Shown: piece after piece, positions 7,228 through 11,978 of the stretch | How the letters are laid out: each line of letters opens with the position of its first letter | Numbering within the stretch: position 1 is the stretch's first letter | Assembly: GCA_031367385.1 (NCBI GenBank) | Contig: JANLPS010000292.1 | Span: 1 to 11,978 of the forward strand | Direction of reading: 5' to 3' | DNA length: 11,978 nucleotides | DNA from: Archangium sp. | GTDB taxonomy: Bacteria; Myxococcota; Myxococcia; Myxococcales; Myxococcaceae | Notes under the pieces: generated by a model | Seen by the model: only the letters and a program-made list of their open reading frames with translations | Databases searched by the model: none | What the model was told of the DNA's origin: nothing | Position numbers and translations under genes: made by a program

Positions 7228-10200
7228 GTGAATCTTCGACTTGTCGGTGCGCTCTCGATCGTGATCGGGGCCGCGGGTTGTACATGCCAGAGCGAAATCT
7301 TGATCGGGCCGCTGGCTGACGGTGGAGCCGCGCGGGTTGACAGCGGGCTCGGGGGCGGGGCCGGCGGCGGCGGAGGCATGCCAATGCTCTCCGACGATGG
7401 CGGCTGTGGCCTCGTCACCTGCGAATCGGCGAACGCGGGCTGCGGTCTGCTCGGCGATGGCTGCGGCGCGGTGATCGACTGTGGCTCGTGCAAGGCGCCT
7501 CAGACGTGCGGTGGTGGCGGCTCCCCATCGGTCTGCGGAGGCACCAGCGGCTGCGTGCCCAAGACCTGCAGCGCGCTCAATGCGGAGTGCGGCCCGATGG
7601 CCGATGGCTGTGGCGGTCTGCTCTCGTGCGGTACCTGTCAGGCACCCGAGGTCTGTGGCGGCGCGGGGGTGCGATCCAAGTGCGGGTTGCCTGTCGCCGG
7701 CGGCGGAGGCTCGGGCGGCTCAGACGGCGGCTCGATCTGTTCGCCCCTCACCTGCGCGGGGGTCGGCGCCCAGTGCGGGGTGATCGGCGATGGCTGCGGC
7801 GACATCGTGATGTGCGGCGGCTGCCCCAACGGCAAGAGCTGCGGCGGCGGTGGCGCGCCGTACCAGTGTGGCGGCGGCAATTCGTGCGTGCCCAGAAGCT
7901 GCCCCCCCGGGGCGTGCGGTGCCTACGGTGACGGCTGCGGCAGCATTCTGAATTGCGCGGGCACCTGCGCCTCGCCTGCGACCTGCGGCGGTGGCGGAGT
8001 CGCCAACGAGTGCGGTGGCGGGAGCGCGTGTACCCCGGCCCGCTTGAGTGACCTGCTGCCCGACGGGGGCTGCGGGTTCATCGGCGACGGGTGTGGCGGC
8101 ATTCTCGACGCAGGCGTGAACACCTGCCTCTTTCCCCTCAGCTGTGGTGCGGGCGGGCTGCCCAACCGGTGCGGGGGTGCGATGACCTGCGTGACCCGCT
8201 CGTGCGCGACGCTCGGCGTCAACTGCGGCCAGGTCGGCGACGGCTGCGGTGGCATTCAGAGCTGCGGGCCCTGCACCGACGGTGGCACCTGCGGCGGTGG
8301 TGGCGCGGCCAACGTCTGCGGCGCTCGCTCAGCCTGCGTGCCACAGACCTGCGCGTCATTGGGCAAGAACTGCGGCCAGGTGGGTGACGGCTGCGGCGGC
8401 CTGACCGTCGATTGCGGCACCTGTACCTCGCCCGACATTTGCGGCGGTGGGGGCACGCCTTCAATCTGCGGCAGCGTCGCAGTCGACGCGGGCGTGGCCT
8501 GCACCAACCTCTGCACCAAGCAAACCTGCCCGTCGACCACCTTGACCGGCACGGTGTTGGCGCCGACCAACTCCGCGCAAGGGTACGGCAACCCCGACCC
8601 GGTACCCAACGCGCTGATCTACGTGCCGAACGGTACGGTGACGCCCTTCGATGCGGGCGTGGCGTGCGATCGCTGCAGCGATGGCGTCAGCGGGTCTCCG
8701 TTGATCTCGACCTACGCCAAAACCGACGGCACCTTCAGCCTGGCCAACGTACCGTGCGGCGTCGACGTGCCCGTGGTCATTCAGCTTGGTCGCTGGCGGA
8801 GGCAGATCACCGTGCCGGCGGTTCAATGCTGCGTCACGACCGCGCTCACCGCGACCCAGACCCGTCTGCCGCGAAGACAGGCCGAGGGGCACCCGAACGA
8901 CAACATCCCCCTGATCGCCGTGGTCACGGGCTCGGCCGACAGCATCGAGAACGTGCTGCCGAAGATCGGCATCGATCAGACGCCCTCGAGTGGTCAGTAT
9001 TCGAACCCGGGCGGCAGCGGGCGCGTGCGGTTCTACCTCGACAACGGCTTCGACTTCGGCTCGACCCCCGCCGCGTCAACGCTGTGGGGCAGCCTCGCTG
9101 AGCTCAAGAAATACGACATGGTCGTGCTCGACTGCGTGGGCGGAGAACAGCTCAAGAAGCCCTCGGCGCGCGCGAACCTCGAGGCCTACGCCAACGCTGG
9201 CGGCCGCGTGTTCGCGAGCCACTTCAGCTACGTCTGGCTCTACGGCGACGCGATCGACCCGGGCGGCAACCGAATCAGCAGCCCCATTTCCTTCACCCCC
9301 ACCGCAACGTGGAAAGTGAACCAAGATACCTCTGACCTCGGGTACGACGCCTTCGTCGACATCTCCTTCGCCAAGGGCAAGACGTTCGCCGACTGGCTGC
9401 AGCTTCCCAGCGTGAATGCCCAGGCCGCGTCTTCGACGCCTGCTGCTCCCAAGATTCGAGTCACCACCGTACGGCACGACATCGACGCGGTGAACGCGCC
9501 GGCGCAGCGCTGGGTGTTTCGATCTCCCTGTGTCGCCGCCACCTGCAGCTCGCTCGGGTACACCTGCGGCAAGCCCGTGGCTGACGGCTGCGGGAACACC
9601 CTCGACTGTGGCGGGTGCGGTGGCCGAGAGAGTTGCGGCGGCGGCGGCGTGGCGGGCCAGTGTGGCCGTCGGTCGACCTGCGTGCCGAAGACCTGCGCGC
9701 AGCTCAACTTCGCGTGCGGCGTGGTGAGCGATGGGTGTGGCAAAGATCTGAACTGCGGCTCGTGCTCGGGCAGCACCAGCTGCGGCGGTGGCACGGTCCC
9801 CGGCCAGTGCGGCAGCAGCGCGACCCAGGTGCCGCTCGAATACACCTTCAACACGCCAACCACCGCGGCCCCGGCGGCTCAATGCGGGCGCGTGCTCTTC
9901 AGCGACTTTCACGTGACCTCGGGCGGCTACTTCTCGGGCGCCCCGGCTGCGCCGATGACGCCCCAAGAGAAGGTCTTCGAGTATCTGATCTTCGACCTCT
10001 CTTCGTGCATTCAGCCCGACGTGCAACCCCCGCAGACGTGCAGCCCCCGAACCTGTACCGACCAGGGCCTCGCCTGCGGAGCAGCCTCGGACGGCTGCGG
10101 CAAGACCTACCCCTCGTGCGGCCCCTGCATGATGCCGGCGACGTGCGGCGGTGGCGGCGTGGCCGGGCAATGCGGTGTGGCGTGTGCGGCCAGAACCTGC

Positions 10201-11049
10201 ACACAGCTCGGCTTCAACTGCGGGCCGCAAGGTGATGGCTGTGGCGGCACGGTTCAGTGCGGCATGTGCCCCTCGGGCCAGACCTGCGGAGGCGGCGGTA
10301 CGCCAGGCGTGTGCGGCGGCGGCACCTGCGTGCCCAAGACGTGCACCGCGCAGAACTTCAACTGTGGCCTGCAGGGCGATGGCTGCGGCGGCACGCTTGA
10401 CTGCGGCATGTGCATGGCGCCCGACACCTGTGGCGGCGCGGGCATGCCTGGCCGGTGCGGTGGCGGCTCGGCGTGCGTGAAGCAGAGCTGCACCACCTTG
10501 GGCTTCAACTGCGGTCAACAGACCGACGGCTGCGGAGCCACCCAGGACTGCGGCATGTGCGGCGCGCCGCAAACCTGTGGCGGTGGCGGCCTGCCCGGCG
10601 TCTGCGGGGGCGGCGGCATGTGCGTACCGCGCACCTGCCTCGATCAGGGCTTTGACTGCGGCATGCAAGGCGACGGCTGCGGAGGCACGCTGAGCTGCGG
10701 CGCATGCATGGACGGCAAGATCTGCGGCGCGACCAACCCGGGCGTGTGCGGCGCGGCCACCTGCAAGCCGCTGACGTGCGCCGAGCAGCAATTGTTCTGC
10801 GGCCCCGCGGGAGACGGCTGCGGCAACTTGATTCAGTGCGGCACCTGCCCGACGGGTGACACCTGCGGCGGCGGAGGCACTCCGGGCACCTGTGGCCACC
10901 AGAACTGCACGCCCCGCACCTGCGCCGCGGCTGGCGCAAACTGCGGAGCCATCGCCGACGGCTGTGGTTCAGCCATCGACTGTGGGCAATGCGCGACCGG
11001 GTCATGCGGCGGCGCGGGTCAACCCAACGTGTGCGGCTCGTTGAACTGA
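7228..11049 (+). CDS. Giant Cys/Gly-rich repeat lipoprotein with a carboxypeptidase-regulatory-like domain and an alpha/beta core
   Basis: GAGG SD before GTG. Signal peptide with lipobox-like IGAAG-C. Sixteen repeats of C.P.TC...NCG..GDGCG....CG.C....TCGGGG....CG. Central TLTGTVLAP...PVPNALIYVP...TDGTFSLANVP...VVIQLGRWRRQ beta-sandwich, then IAVVTGSADSIE, YDMVVLDC.G, YANAGGRVFASH and CGRVLFSDFHV. Confidence 0.9.
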   Translation: MNLRLVGALSIVIGAAGCTCQSEILIGPLADGGAARVDSGLGGGAGGGGGMPMLSDDGGCGLVTCESANAGCGLLGDGCGAVIDCGSCKAPQTCGGGGSPSVCGGTSGCVPKTCSALNAECGPMADGCGGLLSCGTCQAPEVCGGAGVRSKCGLPVAGGGGSGGSDGGSICSPLTCAGVGAQCGVIGDGCGDIVMCGGCPNGKSCGGGGAPYQCGGGNSCVPRSCPPGACGAYGDGCGSILNCAGTCASPATCGGGGVANECGGGSACTPARLSDLLPDGGCGFIGDGCGGILDAGVNTCLFPLSCGAGGLPNRCGGAMTCVTRSCATLGVNCGQVGDGCGGIQSCGPCTDGGTCGGGGAANVCGARSACVPQTCASLGKNCGQVGDGCGGLTVDCGTCTSPDICGGGGTPSICGSVAVDAGVACTNLCTKQTCPSTTLTGTVLAPTNSAQGYGNPDPVPNALIYVPNGTVTPFDAGVACDRCSDGVSGSPLISTYAKTDGTFSLANVPCGVDVPVVIQLGRWRRQITVPAVQCCVTTALTATQTRLPRRQAEGHPNDNIPLIAVVTGSADSIENVLPKIGIDQTPSSGQYSNPGGSGRVRFYLDNGFDFGSTPAASTLWGSLAELKKYDMVVLDCVGGEQLKKPSARANLEAYANAGGRVFASHFSYVWLYGDAIDPGGNRISSPISFTPTATWKVNQDTSDLGYDAFVDISFAKGKTFADWLQLPSVNAQAASSTPAAPKIRVTTVRHDIDAVNAPAQRWVFRSPCVAATCSSLGYTCGKPVADGCGNTLDCGGCGGRESCGGGGVAGQCGRRSTCVPKTCAQLNFACGVVSDGCGKDLNCGSCSGSTSCGGGTVPGQCGSSATQVPLEYTFNTPTTAAPAAQCGRVLFSDFHVTSGGYFSGAPAAPMTPQEKVFEYLIFDLSSCIQPDVQPPQTCSPRTCTDQGLACGAASDGCGKTYPSCGPCMMPATCGGGGVAGQCGVACAARTCTQLGFNCGPQGDGCGGTVQCGMCPSGQTCGGGGTPGVCGGGTCVPKTCTAQNFNCGLQGDGCGGTLDCGMCMAPDTCGGAGMPGRCGGGSACVKQSCTTLGFNCGQQTDGCGATQDCGMCGAPQTCGGGGLPGVCGGGGMCVPRTCLDQGFDCGMQGDGCGGTLSCGACMDGKICGATNPGVCGAATCKPLTCAEQQLFCGPAGDGCGNLIQCGTCPTGDTCGGGGTPGTCGHQNCTPRTCAAAGANCGAIADGCGSAIDCGQCATGSCGGAGQPNVCGSLN
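7405..8472 (+). repeat. N-terminal arm: 7 tandem ~48-aa Cys-rich (DGCG) coding repeats, six with eight Cys and one with six
   Basis: Counted from the translation. DNA-level recurrence of g(a)(c/t)ggctg(c/t)gg and tgcggcgg(c/t)gg about every 145-150 nt. Confidence 0.9.
9529..9813 (+). repeat. Two eight-Cys repeats embedded within the non-repeat core
   Basis: CVAATC...DGCG...CG and CVPKTC...DGCG...CG lie between AQRWVFRSP and QVPLEYTFNTP. Confidence 0.85.
10039..11046 (+). repeat. C-terminal arm: 7 tandem eight-Cys repeats
   Basis: Counted from the translation, CSPRTC... through ...NVCGSLN. Confidence 0.9.
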
Positions 11050-11064
11050 AAAAAAGCGCCCTGT

Positions 11065-11307
11065 TCAGTCACCCAGGTCGAACTGCCGCACCTGAACGGT
11101 GGTCTTGAGCAGCACGCCGTCGGCACCGTACGCATGAAGGGTGCGGTGATCGCCATGCGTCGTCGCAACCACTTTGACGACCGCGACGTTGGCCCCGTTG
11201 AGCTGCACGAAGGCGAGGCTGTCAGGCACGTCTTCGACGCGCTCGACCTTCTCGGTGCCAGCGGTCGCGTCGACGAAGGTGATGGTGCCCGGGTGCGTGG
11301 CTTTCAT
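11065..11307 (-). CDS. Small hypothetical protein (80 aa, beta-rich)
   Basis: ATG 11307 has GGAG 8 nt upstream. MKATHPGTITFVDATAGTEKVERVEDVPDSLAFV...VVKVVATT...AYGADGVLLKTTVQ, with GC-rich third codon positions. The longer ORF-track start (11382) has no clear SD. Confidence 0.7.
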   Translation of the reverse strand: MKATHPGTITFVDATAGTEKVERVEDVPDSLAFVQLNGANVAVVKVVATTHGDHRTLHAYGADGVLLKTTVQVRQFDLGD

Positions 11308-11434
11308 CGCTGAGGCTCCAGACTGGCTTTTCGAGAACACCGCGGGTGTTACCCGGCCCAGCAAGCGCGCGCAATTGCACACCGCCGCACGCGTGGGCTG
11401 ACACGAGGGCGTGCACCTCTCCGTACATCTCGTT

Positions 11435-11455
11435 TGGCACGCGGCAGGCTATTCT
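11435..11455 (+). promoter_or_regulatory. Candidate sigma-54 -24/-12 element overlapping a TAnnnT -10 hexamer
   Basis: TGGCACG-CGGC-AGGCT (perfect -24 box, GG-N10-GC spacing, AG in place of TT) at 11435-11450, and TATTCT at 11450-11455, 7 nt before GTG 11463. Confidence 0.4.
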
Positions 11456-11462
11456 CCCTGCG

Positions 11463-11978
11463 GTGGTTCCCCGTTCCTCAAGCGCGTTCATTGCCGCCGG
11501 CGCGCTGCTGCTCGCGGCGGGTTGCCGATTCGATCAATCGGTCCCCGACTCCATCTCGATCACCTGCGCCCAGGCCGCTGACTGCCCAGCCGGCCGCCTC
11601 TGCTCGCCCCAGCTGCTGCGCTGCATCAAGCAAACCGGCGACAAAGACGCCCCGAGCCTCGTCTCGTTCTCTCTGACTCCGAGCGTCGTCAGCCGCACCA
11701 GCCAGGCCGTGCTCGAGATGGTGACCAACGAGGTGACGCTCGATTCACCGCAGTTCACGGTCGAAGGCTTCGCGCAGACTGCCCGAGTGCCCACCGCCAC
11801 TGGTGGTGAGCGCTTCACGTTCACCTACACCGCCCCCACTTCGGCGATCGAGGGGTCGCTCGAGCCCAGGGCGCACCTGATCGACCTCTCTGGCAACCAG
11901 GCAGACGTCGCGTTGGGGTCGTTGCGACTCGACTTCACCGCGCCCAGCGTGGTCGCGGGCTCGGTGACCGTGCGCCCC
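11463..11978 (+). CDS. Lipoprotein with a small Cys-rich module followed by an Ig-like domain, 5' part (continues past the right edge)
   Basis: Manual translation: MVPRSSSAFIAAGALLLAAG-CRFDQSVPDSISITCAQAADCPAGRLCSPQLLRCIKQTGDKDAPSLVSFSL...FTFTYTAP...LIDLSGNQADV...LDFTAPSV. It has lipobox LAAGC, a C-x5-C-P-x-G-x2-C-x6-C module, and DxxGN / DxTAP motifs typical of bacterial Ig-like repeats. Open to the window end and absent from the ORF track. Confidence 0.85.
   Translation, partial: MVPRSSSAFIAAGALLLAAGCRFDQSVPDSISITCAQAADCPAGRLCSPQLLRCIKQTGDKDAPSLVSFSLTPSVVSRTSQAVLEMVTNEVTLDSPQFTVEGFAQTARVPTATGGERFTFTYTAPTSAIEGSLEPRAHLIDLSGNQADVALGSLRLDFTAPSVVAGSVTVRP

Noticed and set aside
9076..10899. 607-aa - strand Ala-rich ORF
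   Set aside because: Antisense read of TGC/GGC codons (GCA/GCC = Ala) in the Cys/Gly repeats; expected in high-GC DNA.
7405..11046. CRISPR array or non-coding tandem repeat
   Set aside because: Repeats are degenerate at wobble positions, in frame and protein-level; there is no identical repeat plus unique spacer pattern and no cas gene.
7405..11046. Multiheme cytochrome or Fe-S protein suggested by many CxxC motifs
   Set aside because: No CxxCH motifs; the protein is exported and the paired Cys loss favours disulfides.
11044..11078. Intrinsic terminator between convergent genes (A7 tract)
   Set aside because: Only weak 4-6 bp stems with large loops; not convincing.

Overview
High-GC bacterial window, most likely Myxococcota (inferred from a Hanks-type kinase with an HRDxxPxN loop and Cys/Gly-rich lipoproteins with DAG/DGG linkers). 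It holds about 10 genes in frequently switching orientation: (1) the 5' part of a PAS-PAS-HisKA sensor kinase (- strand, runs off the left edge, missing from the ORF track); (2) a divergent HisKA protein whose ATPase motifs have degenerated; (3) an AAC(3)-family aminoglycoside N-acetyltransferase; (4) a signal-peptide membrane protein ending in GIGGRF; (5) a 6-TM Ser/Thr kinase translationally coupled to gene 4; (6) an ankyrin-repeat protein; (7) a DUF1003 membrane protein; (8) a 1273-aa lipoprotein with 16 Cys-rich (mostly eight-cysteine) repeats arranged 7+2+7 around, and inside, a globular core; (9) an 80-aa hypothetical protein; (10) the start of a second Cys-rich/Ig-like lipoprotein (runs off the right edge, also missing from the track). 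I saw no RNA gene, CRISPR array or mobile element. I cannot support a single coherent novel system. The best leads are the putative pseudokinase/phosphotransferase, the architecture of the giant lipoprotein, the 6TM-kinase gene pair and a chromosomal aac(3).
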